A DNA stretch of 64,000 nucleotides, from positions 20,956,001-21,020,000 of the forward strand of contig OZ024747.1 of NCBI GenBank assembly GCA_964016885.1, given 5' to 3'. The translations under genes were made by a program, and so were the position numbers. Position 1 is the stretch's first letter, and every line of letters starts with the position of its first letter. The stretch comes from Eledone cirrhosa. Its lineage: Eukaryota. Under the pieces are notes generated by a model. The model made no database searches, was not told the origin of the DNA, and saw only the letters and a list, made by a program, of their open reading frames with translations. Positions 40,801 to 55,269 of this stretch are shown here, one piece after another.

Positions 40801-42406
40801 CCATCATTGTCATCATCATCATCATCATCACTATAGTCACTACGATTAACACCCGGATCACTGGTGCCTTAACCATCACCACCACCGTCATCATTGTCAT
40901 CATCATCATCACTATAGTCACTATGATTAACACCCGGATCACTGGTGCCTTAACCATCACCACCACCGCCATCATTGTCATCATCATCATCATCATTATA
41001 GTCACTACGATTAACACCCGGATCACTGGTGCCTTAACCATCACCACCACCGCCATCATTGTCATCATCATCATCATCATTATAGTCACTACGATTAACA
41101 CCCGGATCACTGGTGCCTTAACCATCACCACCACCGCCATAATTGTCATCATCATCATCATCATCACTATAGTCACTACGATTAACACCCGGATCACTGG
41201 TGCTTTAACCATCACCACCACCGCCATCTTTGTCATCATCATTATCACTATAGTCACTACGATTAACACCTTGATCACTGGTACCTTAACCATCACCACC
41301 ACTGCCATCATTGTCATCATGATCATCATCATCATCATGACTATAGTCCCTATGATTAACACCCGGATCACTGGTGCCTTAACCATCACCACCACTGCCA
41401 TCATTGTCATCATCATCATCATCATCATCACTATAGTCACTACGATTAACACCCGGACCACTGGTGCCTTAACCATCACCACCACCACCATCATTGTCAT
41501 CATCATCATCATCATCATCATCATCACTATATAGTTACTACGATTAACACCCGGACCACCGGTGCCTTAACCATCACCACCACCTCCATCAATGTCATCA
41601 TCATCATCATCATCATCATTGTCATTACTATTATAACACCCGGATCACCGGTGCCTTAACCATCACCACCACCGCCATCATTGCATCATCATCATCATCA
41701 TCATCATTACTATTGTCACTACGATTAACACCCGGATCACTGGTGCCTTAACCATCACCACCACCGCCATCATTGTCATCATCATCATCATCATCATCAT
41801 CATTACTATTGTCACTACGATTAACACCCGGATCATTGGTGCCCTAACCATCACCACCACCGCCATCATTGCCATCATCGTCATCGTCATCATCATCACT
41901 ATAGTCACTACGGTTAACACCCGGATCACTGTTGCCTTAACCATCACCACCACCGCCATCATCGTCATCATCATCATCATCATCATTACTATTGTCACTA
42001 CGATTAACACCCGGATCACTGGTGCCTTAACCATCACCACCACCGCCATCATTGTCATCATCATCATCATCATCATTGTCATTACTATTATAACACCCGG
42101 ATCACTGGTGCCTTAACCATCACCACCACCGCCATCATTGTCATCATGATCATCATCATCATCATCACTATAGTCACTACGATTAACAACCGGATCACTG
42201 GTGCCTTAACCATCACCACCACCGCCATCATTGTCATCATCATCATCATTAATATTGTCACTACGATTAACACCCGGATCACTGGTGCTTTAACCATCAC
42301 CACCACCGCCATCATTGTCATCATCATCATCATCATCATCACAATTGTCACTACGATTAACACCCGGATAACTGGTCCTTAACCATCACCAACACCGCCA
42401 TCATTG

Positions 42407-42439
<33 letters not shown>

Positions 42440-43673
42440 CTATAGTCACTACGATTAACACCCGGATCACTGGTGCTTTAACCATCACCACCACCGCCAT
42501 CTTTGTCATCATCATTATCACTATAGTCACTACGATTAACACCTTGATCACTGGTACCTTAACCATCACCACCACTGCCATCATTGTCATCATGATCATC
42601 ATCATCATCATGACTATAGTCCCTATGATTAACACCCGGATCACTGGTGACTTAACCATCACCACCACTGCCATCATTGTCATCATCATCATCATCATCA
42701 TCACTATAGTCACTACGATTAACACCCGGACCACTGGTGCCTTAACCATCACCACCACCACCATCATTGTCATCATCATCATCATCATCATCATCACTAT
42801 ATAGTTACTACGATTAACACCCGGACCACCGGTGCCTTAACCATCACCACCACCTCCATCAATGTCATCATCATCATCATCATCATCATTGTCATTACTA
42901 TTATAACACCCGGATCACCGGTGCCTTAACCATCACCACCACCGCCATCATTGCATCATCATCATCATCATCATCATTACTATTGTCACTACGATTAACA
43001 CCCGGATCACTGGTGCCTTAACCATCACCACCACCGCCATCATTGTCATCATCATCATCATCATCATCATCATTACTATTGTCACTACGATTAACACCCG
43101 GATCATTGGTGCCCTAACCATCACCACCACCGCCATCATTGCCATCATCGTCATCGTCATCATCATCACTATAGTCACTACGGTTAACACCCGGATCACT
43201 GTTGCCTTAAACATCACCACCACCGCCATCATCGTCATCATCATCATCATCATCATTACTATTGTCACTACGATTAACACCCGGATCACTGGTGCCTTAA
43301 CCATCACCACCACCGCCATCATTGTCATCATCATCATCATCATCATTGTCATTACTATTATAACACCCGGATCACTGGTGCCTTAACCATCACCACCACC
43401 GCCATCATTGTCATCATCATCATCATCATCATCACTATAGTCACTACGATTAACAACCGGATCACTGGTGCCTTAACCATCACCACCACCGCCATCATTG
43501 TCATCATCATCATCATTAATATTGTCACTACGATTAACACCCGGATCACTGGTGCTTTAACCATCACCACCACCGCCATCATTGTCATCATCATCATCAT
43601 CATCATCACAATTGTCACTACGATTAACACCCGGATAACTGGTCCTTAACCATCACCAACACCGCCATCATTG

Positions 43674-43704
<31 letters not shown>

Positions 43705-46700
43705 TACTATTGTCACTACGATTAACACCCGGATCACTGGTGCCTTAACCATCACCACCACCGCCATCATTGTCATCATCATCATCATCATCATTGCTAT
43801 TGTCACTACGATTAACACCCGGATCACTGGTGTCTTAACCATCACCACCACCGCCATCATTGTCATCATCATCATCACTATAGTCACTATGATTAACACC
43901 AGGATCACTGGTGCCTTAACCACCACCACCACCGCCATCATTGCCATCATCATCATCATCATCATTATAGTCACTATGACTAACACCCGGATCACTGGTG
44001 CCTTAACCATCACCACCACCGCCATCATTGTCATCATCATCATCATCATTATAGTCACTACGATTAACACCCGGATCACTGGTGCCTTAACCATCACCAC
44101 CACCGCCATCATTGTCATCATCATCATCATCACTATAGTCACTACGATTAACACCCGGATCACTGGTGCCTTAACCATCACCACCAGCACCATCATCGTC
44201 ATCATCATCATCATCATCATTACTATTGTCACTACGATTAACACCCGGATCAGTGGTGCCTTAACCATCACCACCACCGCCATCATTGTCATCATCATCA
44301 TCATCATTACTATAGTCACTACGATTAACACCCGGATCACTGGTGCCTTAACCATCACCACCACCTCCATCAATGTCATCATCGTCATCATCATCATTGT
44401 CATTACTATTATAACAGACGGATCACCGGTGCCTTAACCATCACCACCACCGCCATCATTGCATCATCATCATCATCATTACTATTGTCACTACGATTAA
44501 CACCCGGATCACTGGTGCCCTAACCATCACCACCACCGCCATCATTGTCATCATCGTCATCGTCATCATCATCACTATAGTCACTACGATTAACACCCGG
44601 ATCACTGTTGCCTTAACCATCACCACCACCGCCATCATCGTCATCATCATCATCATCATCATTACTATCGTCACTACGATTAACACCCGGATCACTGGTG
44701 CCTTAACTATCACCACCACCGCCATCATTGTCATCATCATCATCATTAATATCGTCACTACGATTAACAACCGGATCACTGGTGCCTTAACCATCACCAC
44801 CACCGCCATCATTGTCATCATCATCATCATCATTGTCATTACTATTATAACACCCGGATCACTGGTGCCTTAACCATCACCACCACCGCCATCATTGTCA
44901 TCATCATCATCATCTTCACTATTGTCACTACGATTAACACCCGGATCACTGGCGCCTTAACAATCACCACCACCGCCATCATTGTCATCATCATCATCAT
45001 CATCATTACTATTGTCACTACGATTAACACCCGGATCACTGGTGCCTTAACCATCACCACCACCGCCATCATTGTCATCATCATCATCATCATTATCATC
45101 ATCACTATTGTCACTACGATTAACACCCGGATCACTGGTGCCTTAGCCATCACCACCACCGCCATCATTGTCATCATCATCATCATCATCATCATCACTA
45201 TTGTCACTATGATTAACACCCGGATCACTGGTGCCTTAACCATCACCACCACCGCCATCATTGTCATCATCATCATCATCATCATCATTACTATTGTCAC
45301 TACGATTAACACCCGGATCACTGGTGCCTTAACCATCACCACCACCGCCATCATTGTCATCATCATCATCACTATAGTCACTATGATTAACACCCGGATC
45401 ACTGGTGCCTTAACCATCACCACCACCGCCATCATTTTCATCATCATCATCACTATTGTCACTACTATTAACACCCGGATCACTGGTGCCTTAACCATCA
45501 CCACCACCGCCATCATTGTCATCATCATCATCACTATTGTCACTACGATTAACACCCGGATCACTGGTGCCTTAACCATCACCACCACCGCCATCATTTT
45601 CATCATCATCATCACTATTGTCACTACTATTAACACCCGGATCACTGGTGCCTTAACCATCACCACCACCGCCATCATTGTCATCATCATCATCATCATC
45701 ATCACTATTGTCACTACGATTAACACCCGGATCACTGGTGCCTTAACCATCACCACCACCGTCATCATTGTCATCATCATCATCACTATAGTCACTATGA
45801 TTAACACCCGGATCACTTTTGCCTTAACCATCACCACCACCGCCATCATTGTCATCATCATCATCATCATTATAGTCACTACGATTAACACCCGGATCAC
45901 TGGTGCCTTAACCATCACCACCACCGCCATCATTGTCATCATCATCATCATCATTATAGTCACTACGATTAACACCCGGATCACTGGTGCCTTAACCATC
46001 ACCACCACCGCCATCATTGTCATCATCATCATCATCACTATAGTCACTACGATTAACACCCGGATCACTGGTGCCTTAACCATCACCACCACCGCCATCA
46101 TTGTCATCATCATCATCATCATCATCACTATTGTCACTACGATTAACACCCGGATCACTGGTGCCTTAACCATCACCACCACCGCCATCATTGTCATCAT
46201 CATCATCATCATCATCACTATTGTCACTACGATTAACACCCGGATCACTGGTGCCTTAACAATCACCACCACCGCCATCATTGTCATCATCATCATCATC
46301 ATCATCACTATAGTCACTACGATTAACACCCGGATCACTGGTGCCTTAACCATCCACACCACCGCCATCATTGTCATCATCATCATCATCATCATCACTA
46401 TTGTCACTACGATTAACACCCGGATCACTGGTGCCTTAACCATCACCACCACCGCCATCATTGTCATCATCATCATCATCATCATCACTATTGTCACTAC
46501 GATTAACACCCGGATCACTGGTGCCTTAACAATCACCACCACCGCCATCATTGTCATCATCATCATCATCATCATCATCACTATAGTCACTACGATTAAC
46601 ACCCGGATCACTGGTGCCTTAACCATCACCACCATCGCCATCATTGTCATCATCATCTCCATCATCATCACTATAGTCACTACGATTAACACCCGGATCA

Positions 46701-47490
46701 CTGGTGCCTTAACCATCACCACCACCGCCATCATTGTCATCATCATTACCATCATCATCACTATAGTCACTACCATTAACACCCGGATCACTGGTGCCTT
46801 AACCATCACCACCACCGCCACCATCACCATCATCATCATCATAATTATTGTCCCTACTATTAACACCCGGATCACTGGTGCCTTAACCATCACCACCACC
46901 GCCATCATTGTCATCATCATTACCATCATCATCACTATAGTCACTACCATTAACACCCGGATCACTGGTGCCTTAACCATCACCACCACCGCCACCATCA
47001 CCATCATCATCATCATAATTATTGTCCCTACTATTAACACCCGGATCACTGGTGCCTTAACCATCACCACCACCGCCACCATCACCATCATCATCATCAT
47101 AATTATTGTCCCTACTATTAACACCCGGATCACTGGTGCCTTAGCCATCACCACCACCGCCATCATTGTCATCATCATTACCATCATCATCACTATAGTC
47201 ACTACCATTAACACCCGGATCACTGGTGCCTTAACCATCACCACCACCGCCACCATCACCATCATCATCATCATAATTATTGTCCCTACTATTAACACCC
47301 GGATCACTGGTGCCTTAACCATCACCACCACCGCCACCATCACCATCATCATCATCATAATTATTGTCCCTACTATTAACACCCGGATCACTGGTGCCTT
47401 AACCATCACCACCACCGCCACCATCGCCATCATCATCATCATAATTATTGTCCCTACTATTATCACCCGGATCACTGGTGCCTTAACTAT
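20955..47490. repeat. ~26.5-kb tandem satellite, modal unit 87 bp, ~300 units
   Basis: Constant core ACTATTGTCACTACGATTAACACCCGGATCACTGGTGCCTTAACCATCACCACCACCGCCATCATTGTC plus a variable (ATC)n tract. Confidence 0.98.
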
Positions 47491-47514
47491 AACAACCGCT
47501 ACTTCTTTCACGTC

Positions 47515-48600
47515 GCCAACACCACCACCAACACCATCATCACTGCTGTTGCCATCACTATCAACAGCCACATCACCGCTACTGTCACCCCTTATTACCG
47601 TAACCACCACCACCACCACCATCATCACTGCTGTTGCCATCACTATCAACAGCCACATCACCGCTACTGTCACCCCTTATTACCGTAACCACCACCACCA
47701 CCACCAACACCACCACCACCACCATCATCACTGCTGTTGCCATCACTATCAACACCCACATCACCGCTACTGTCACCCCTTATTACCGTAACCACCACCA
47801 CCACCACCATCATCACTGCTGTTGCCATCACTATCAACAGCCACATCACCGCTACTGTCACCCCTTATTACTGTAACCACCACCACCACCACCAACACCA
47901 CCACTACCACCATCATCACTGCTGTTGCCATCACTATCAACACCCACATCACCGCTACTGTCACCCCTTATTACCGTAACCACCACCACCACCACCAACA
48001 CCACCACTACCACCATCATCACTGCTGTTGCCATCACTATCAACAGCCACATTACCGCTACTGTCACCCCTTATTACCGTAACCACCACCACCACCACCA
48101 CCAACACCACCACCACCACCATCATCACTGCCGTTGCCATCACTATCAACAGCCACATTACCGCTACTGTCACCCCTTATTACCGTAACCACCACCACCA
48201 CCACCACCAACACCACCACCACCACCATCATCACTGCCGTTGCCATCACTATCAACAGCCACATTACCGCTACTGTCACCCCTTATTACCGTAACCACCA
48301 CCACCACCACCACCAACACCACCACCACCACCATCATCACTGCTGTTGCCATCACTATCAACAGCCACATTACCGCTACTGTCACAATTTATTACCGTAA
48401 CCACCACCACCACCACCAACACCATCATCACTGCTGTTGCCATCACTATCAACAGCCACATTACCGCTACTGTCACAATTTATTACCGTAACCACCACCA
48501 CCACCACCAACACCATCATCACTGCCGTTGCCATCACTATCAACAGCCACATCACCGCTACTGTCACAATTTATTACCGTAACCACCACCACCTCCATCA
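47515..48600. repeat. Second minisatellite, 85-106-bp units, ~11 copies
   Basis: Core CATCATCACTGCTGTTGCCATCACTATCAACAGCCACATCACCGCTACTGTCACCCCTTATTACCGTA plus a variable (ACC)n tract. Confidence 0.95.
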
Positions 48601-48926
48601 CTTCTTTCATGTTAGCGATAGCGTAACCGCCATCGCCACCACTACTACGACCAACATTACTACCGCTACCGCTACCATTACCACCACTGCTACCGCTACT
48701 ATAACCATTGCTACTGCTACCACCACTACAGACACCTTTCTGACTTCTATCACCACCTCACTTACAACTATCGTTACCAATTCTCCTACAGTCATCATCA
48801 TCATCATCATCATCATTAGTACTTTTATAACCCTCTATCGCCGCTCGCTATTACCACTACCACCACACCACACCACCACCACCACTACCACAGTTACTAT
48901 CGTCATGCGTACACACTCACACACAA

Positions 48927-48973
<47 letters not shown>

Positions 48974-49070
48974 TATATATACACACACATACACGCACGA
49001 CACCGCGAACGAAGATTCGTTAAAAGGGGGTTGTCCGCTAAATATGTTTGTGTGTGATGGTGTTTGAATG

Positions 49071-49123
<53 letters not shown>

Positions 49124-49789
49124 TATTGACTATTAACACTACGACCACCACACTCCCAGCACCACTACCACTACAACTACTATTGCCATCACCACCATCA
49201 CCTTAAAAATCACTTTACCGAACAACGAACCGACTGCTAAACTCTCTTATAGCAAACACTATTGACAACAAACAGTTCCAGCTTCCCATTTCTTCCCCCT
49301 CCTCCTTCTCCTCCTACAACGCCCGCCTTAACTTTCTCTCTCTCTCTCTCCGTCATTTAGTATTTCCCTCTATATGTATCTCTTACTATCTCATTTAATT
49401 TATGTGTCACCCCCTTCTAATATCTCCCTCCCTCTTTCTCTCTCTCTCTCATTTTGTATTCAGCTCTCACTCTCTCTCTCTCCCTCTCTCGCTCTCACGC
49501 ACTTTCCCCTCAAACTCCTTTTTTTTCACTTTCTTCCTCCACCTCCACCTCTCTGTCTCCATCACTTTAGCTCGCTCACTTCATCTCTCCCTCCCCCTCC
49601 CTTTCTCTTTTCTCCTTCCTTTAACATTATGTAGAATTTCTTTTCCCCCTCTCCGTCTTGGGGACACCCTGTATATGTGTTTGTGTTTGTGTGTGTGTGT
49701 GTGTGTATATATAAGTTGACGGGACTAGCATGGGTTTCACTGCTAGTACCGCTTGCATATATTTCATTATATGTGTATATATATATATA

Positions 49790-49867
49790 TAGGGTGTCCC
49801 AAAAATTGTATACACACTTCAACAGCATTCTAATGAAAGTATGTATACATTTTTAGGGGACACCCTG
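49790..49867. mobile_element. Minimal Tc1/mariner-type MITE (78 bp)
   Basis: AGGGTGTCCCAAAAATTGTATACACACTT and AAGTATGTATACATTTTTAGGGGACACCCTG in a TA context. A solo end GGGGACACCCTG-TA lies at ~49660-49673. Confidence 0.75.
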
Positions 49868-49929
49868 TATATAGTTGTATGTATATATGTGTAACCTCTT
49901 TCTTCATACTTACGTTCTCTCTCTCTCTC

Positions 49930-49996
<67 letters not shown>

Positions 49997-50434
49997 GTAT
50001 GTATATATATGTGTGTATATATATATGTATGTATATATATATATGTGTGTATATATATATGTAGGTATATATATGTGTGTATATATTTATGTATGTATAT
50101 CGTTCCAACATTTTTCTCACTCTTTCATCTTCCACCGATTGTAGCTCTCTTTTAAGTTTCCATATTTTCTATCGTCTGCTAATTTTGCCTCCTACTCTCT
50201 CCATTACTATCACCATCGCTCTCTCTCTCTCTCACTGACTCTCACTATATCTCTCTATTCTTCCTGTTACTTCCTCTCCGTCTATATGTACCTCAATTTT
50301 CTCTGAATTTTATTCCATTCCTTTTCTACGTTTTATTTTGATATATAAATATAAAACTCCCGCTTTTCCTTCACAGCTTTCATTCTCTCAACTTCCCCCT
50401 CTATCTCATACTTACTTTTCCGATAATATACCCC

Positions 50435-50473
<39 letters not shown>

Positions 50474-50677
50474 GTGTAAGTGTACCTATGTGTATGTATG
50501 TATTTATGTATGTATGTACGTATATAAGTATATAAGTATATATGCCTATCTTTAAATCTATCTGTATGTATATATCTTTTTAATCCCCTTCCCTGCTATA
50601 TCTCTCATTCTCTTTTCAACCCACTTTCCCCCTCTTACTCACACTCACTCCATATATATATATATATGTGTGTGTGT

Positions 50678-50739
<62 letters not shown>

Positions 50740-51426
50740 CTCTTTCTTTCTTTCTCTCTATATATATATATATCTCCCTCTATACGTCTTTTACTCACTT
50801 AGTCTCTTCTTTCAAACTCCTCCTCCCCCTCCTCCTCTCAATCTTTTGCTCTATAAATGTCGCTCTTCCCTTCCCCCTCCTCTCCCTCTCTCTTTCTCCA
50901 CTTTGGCTCTGTCAGTTCTGGCACCTGTTCTTGCCACAGATCCTGGGTTTTACCACAATAATAACCTAAACCGCTTCTCTAACGGATAACCGACCTCCGC
51001 CGTGTTCTTGGTGTTTTGTCATTTTTTTTTTTTACTTTGCTTCCTTCTAGGTCTTTTAATTTTTTTTAAAAAACATATTACCAATTGAGCTTTATACTGA
51101 TACACTTATAAATTCACACATAGTATACACTCATATATATATATATATATACACTCACAGATACATACATACATACATACATACATACATACATACATAC
51201 ATACATACATACATACATACATACATACATACATACCCACGCACATATATACACACACATATATATATATTTGTACATATATATATATATACATATACAT
51301 ATATATATATTCACGTTTATATATATTTATATTTATATATATATATATTTATATTTATATATAGTTGTTTATACATACGTTCATACATATACACATACAT
51401 ATACACACATACATACACACACATAC

Positions 51427-51458
<32 letters not shown>

Positions 51459-51665
51459 ATATATTATATATATATACATAAAGAGAGAGAGAGAGACATG
51501 TTATACCATCAACTTTAAAAACACCAGGTAAGGAATAGCTTGTTGTTGATCTTGTTCCTCTTATTACTGATATTTTTCAACTCTTTAATTATTATTATTT
51601 TTTTTTTATTATTCTTGTTGTTCCTCATTCTTTTTCTGCGACCTTACAACTCCAGGTTTTATTTC

Positions 51666-51696
<31 letters not shown>

Positions 51697-52154
51697 GCAA
51701 GTATACAATATTAAAGCCGTGTATGGGAGGGGAGAGATCGGAAAATACTAAAGGCTGTTACAACAGTTGGATGATGGTGATGATAATGGCAGTGGTGGGG
51801 GTAACAGTGACACGGTGACGATGATGGCGATTTTCTAACTTTGGCTCAAGGCCACGTTATTTCCGTAGCAGAGCACAGCCAGGCGACTATATCGAACTCG
51901 GTTTATATTTTAATTTTTTTTTTTTTTCTGCTGATGCATGCATACATAAATACATACATACACACATACACACATACACACATAAATACATACATACACA
52001 CACATACATACATACACACACATACATACATACATACATAATACATACATACATATACACACACACACACACATATATACACACACACACACATAATAAA
52101 AGCGTTATACATAGCTGTTAACAAAAATATGAGGGAATGGACAAAGCAGAGTTA

Positions 52155-52560
52155 ATAATTGTTTCTAACATAACCCCGAGGTCAGAAATTTTTGGGTGGG
52201 ATAAATTGATTAAAATGGCCCTAAAACTTGACTGGTTCTTCATTTTATTGATTCCAGAAGGATAAAAGTTAAAGATGACCGCGGCGTGATTTGAATTCGA
52301 AACTTAAAATGTCTATTCAAACAATGTAAACCATTTTGTCCGACGCTCTAACAATTCTGCCAAGGCACAAACCCCCACAATTTAACGGGGGGAGGGGGTA
52401 GATTTTTATTTCATTCTTTTTATTATTATTTAATCTTTTAAAGAATATATTATCGACTCCCAATAGAATAAAAGACAATGTCGACCTCGGCCACATTTGA
52501 ACTCAGAACGTAAAGAGTGGAATTAAAATCTAAATACCTATGGCAGATTGTCTGAAGCTG
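52155..52560 (-). mobile_element. Two diverged SINE family A-related copies
   Basis: AATAATTGTTTCTAAC tail, and cores GGCGTGATTTGAATTC and GTCGACCTCGGCCACATTTGAACTCAGAACGTAAAG. Confidence 0.65.
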
Positions 52561-52803
52561 CTCTATAAACTAATAGCTTGTTTATGTTGCCATAAGTGCA
52601 ACTAAATTATAAAACATTCTATTCAATAAAGATTTTTAAATACTAGGAAAGACAATAAAAAAAAACGAAACAAAACAAAACATTTAGCGATGTGTACCAA
52701 ACAAAAAGTAATCACCGATACTGCGATGTATATAACTTTATATATTGATGTATAAAGTTTATTTTTATACACCACCGATATTTTTACTATATTTCAACGT
52801 TAA

Positions 52804-52920
52804 CCGTTTAGTCGAATTCACTGTCAAACACATTTTGAATGATATATCATCCACTCAGCTGTCTGTGCGCTGTCCACGAAGGGCAGCCGACCATAGAGGG
52901 CAGCGGACAGATCCAAACTG
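52804..52920. mobile_element. Possible TTAA-flanked MITE
   Basis: TTAA-CCGTTTAG ... CCAAACTG-TTAA, a short imperfect TIR. Confidence 0.4.
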
Positions 52921-53161
52921 TTAACGGGGTGACAGTACTTTTTTGTGTGTAATGATGACGGTGTGAGGAGACAGAAAGACGCAGGGGTAGAGATAGGGAG
53001 AGAGAAAGAGAAAAAAAAGTCATGGATACAGACCGTTTATCCCGTCGTATAACATACTCTACTCGGCATGTGGTTTTGTCTGTCCAACATCCCCACCTTC
53101 ACCTTATTGATTCATATACTCTCTGCACAACTCTTCAATTACAACAACTACAACGGTACGC

Positions 53162-53530
53162 GATGGGGCCCACCCACAGCCCCGGCGGACAGAATGGAGA
53201 AGGCATTTCCCCGCTGGACGGCAAGGGAGACGCGCTGGAAAAGCCACTCCAACTCGCGGGGTTCACACTTGCGGCTGGCCAGCTCAGCGCCTATGGTGGT
53301 GAGTAAGGAGGTAGCCCTGGGGACCGAGGGCACCAGAAGTTTCCACTGCCAGGGGTACGACTGCAAACCTGTCGGAGAGCGACCGATATTTGAGGAGTTT
53401 GGCCCCCCTCAGCCCGACGTGCAGCAGAACCTGGATCAGTGGCAGACTGCACCAGGTTGCGGCTGCAGAAAGTGTCGGTGCAAGTGGCATCCCAGACGAG
53501 GGATTTGCCACCGCGGAACGGGAAGATGGA
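53162..53530 (-). mobile_element. CRE-like retrotransposon endonuclease fragment, frameshifted
   Basis: IFPFRGGKSLVWDATCTDTF...GSAARRAE / KLLKYRSLSDRFAVVPLAVETSGALGP / ...EPRELEWLFQRVSLAVQRGNAFSIL, spanning two frameshifts. Confidence 0.85.
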
Positions 53531-53869
53531 ACCGATTAATCGTTGTGTGTGTTTGTTCGTTTATTACGGACACATATATACATAAATACATACAAACAAA
53601 CATGTGTACATATATACATGTGTGTGTGTGTATGTCTATGTGCAAAGTGAGCGAGATGTGTAATGTTCTTAATAAGCGTTTTTACGGGGTTTTCATTTTT
53701 TTATATATATGGTTTGACGTTTGTAAACATTGGGTAGCAAAGCAAAATAAAAAAAAAAATTAAGAAAAAAAACTCACAACACCCTGTAGAAGTCCGACAG
53801 ACTTATCTCTTAAGTCTTGACCAGTCGTTAAGTCGACATCTAACGTTCCCCAGGCCACGAATCTCGCTG

Positions 53870-53975
53870 TCGAAACGGCCGGAGCTCAGCCGTCGGGGTC
53901 CTGAATCTTTTCATATTACCCACTCTACTACCCCAAGTATCGAGTACTCTGGTGGGTTATAGTCTGGCTGGTTTT
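53870..53975 (+). mobile_element. Repeat shared in inverted orientation with 58145-58255, possibly Penelope-like
   Basis: GAAACGGCCGGAGCTCAGCCGTCGGGGTCCTGA...TATTACCCACTCTACTACCC...GAGTACTCTGGTG. Confidence 0.55.
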
Positions 53976-54121
53976 TACCACACCCTATCTGATACATATG
54001 CTTCTACAAGCCCCAAAGTACACGCCAGACAGTTTTATAAAATTTAGATTATAGCAGAAAACATAACCCTTCGAACTAGAGATCTTAGTCCAAACATGAA
54101 TATATATATATATATATACAC

Positions 54122-54162
<41 letters not shown>

Positions 54163-54728
54163 GGTATAAGTTGATTAACCATAACTCGGCACTAGCCCAA
54201 CAAGTCTATGATAAAAAAAAACAAGCCAGCCGTGACCATCCTATGTATTCTATATTTACGCTGGTATACTGTGATCTGAGGGAGATTTAGCTACTATTTC
54301 TAGCATGTTTAAAGTCTGTGTGAGAGGCTCCCTCGTTCATTCGAGTCAGTATATGTGTGTGAGTGTGACAGCTGTTGTGATAAACCTTTAAAGAACCGAA
54401 GTCAATGACACGATTTCGAATCTCTAGTTGGAAAGCATTTCGTCGTTACGTATACACTTCTGAATGTAATGACAGCCACAACTTCACATAGTGAAGCCAT
54501 ATTTTCAATAGATTTATGTTTCTGTCTGTCTACAAATCTTATATTTGTAATTGTCTGACGGGACGAACACACGTACATGTGTACCTGTATATAAACCTGT
54601 ATATATGTACACACCTACACGTATGTATACACATAGATATATTATACCATACGTACATATATGATGGCAGATATACCGTGCATATGTGTACACACGAACA
54701 AACATGCACATATGCATACCTGTGCGTA

Positions 54729-54980
54729 CAAACATATATGTATGCACACATACATACAAACATATATGTATGCACACATACATACAAACATATATGTATG
54801 CACACATACATACAAACATATATGTATGCACACATACATACAAACGTATATGTATGCACACATACATACAAACGTATATGTATGCACACATACATACAAA
54901 CGTATATGTATGCACACATACATACAAACGTATATGTATGCACACATACATACAAACGTATATGTATGCACACATACATA
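54729..54980. repeat. 28-bp minisatellite, 9 copies
   Basis: CAAAC(A/G)TATATGTATGCACACATACATA. Confidence 0.93.
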
Positions 54981-55269
54981 CATGTATATCTATGCACGTA
55001 GATGTAACTCTATATCTGTACATATGTACGTGTAGGCATACGGATATACATGTAGGAATATATACACACACACATACATGTACATAGATATGCATGTGTG
55101 TGTATGTGCATACATACATGTATGCGCGTATACATATTTGGATGTATGAACATATATGTGTTCACGTATACATACCTATATGCACGTAGACATACCTGCA
55201 TGTGTGTGTATACATTTAGGCACATTATATACGTGTGTGTATATACACATTTAGGCATATGTATATACT

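Noticed and set aside
20955-47490. CRISPR-like alternation of constant repeat and variable spacer
   Set aside because: The spacers are only (ATC)n length variants and not unique sequences. There are no cas genes and the context is eukaryotic.
21874-47791. Giant Met/Val-rich and Ile/Thr-rich ORFs as real CDS
   Set aside because: They are translations of a trinucleotide-based satellite, open on both strands. Recurring 1-bp indels break them and there are no unique terminal domains.
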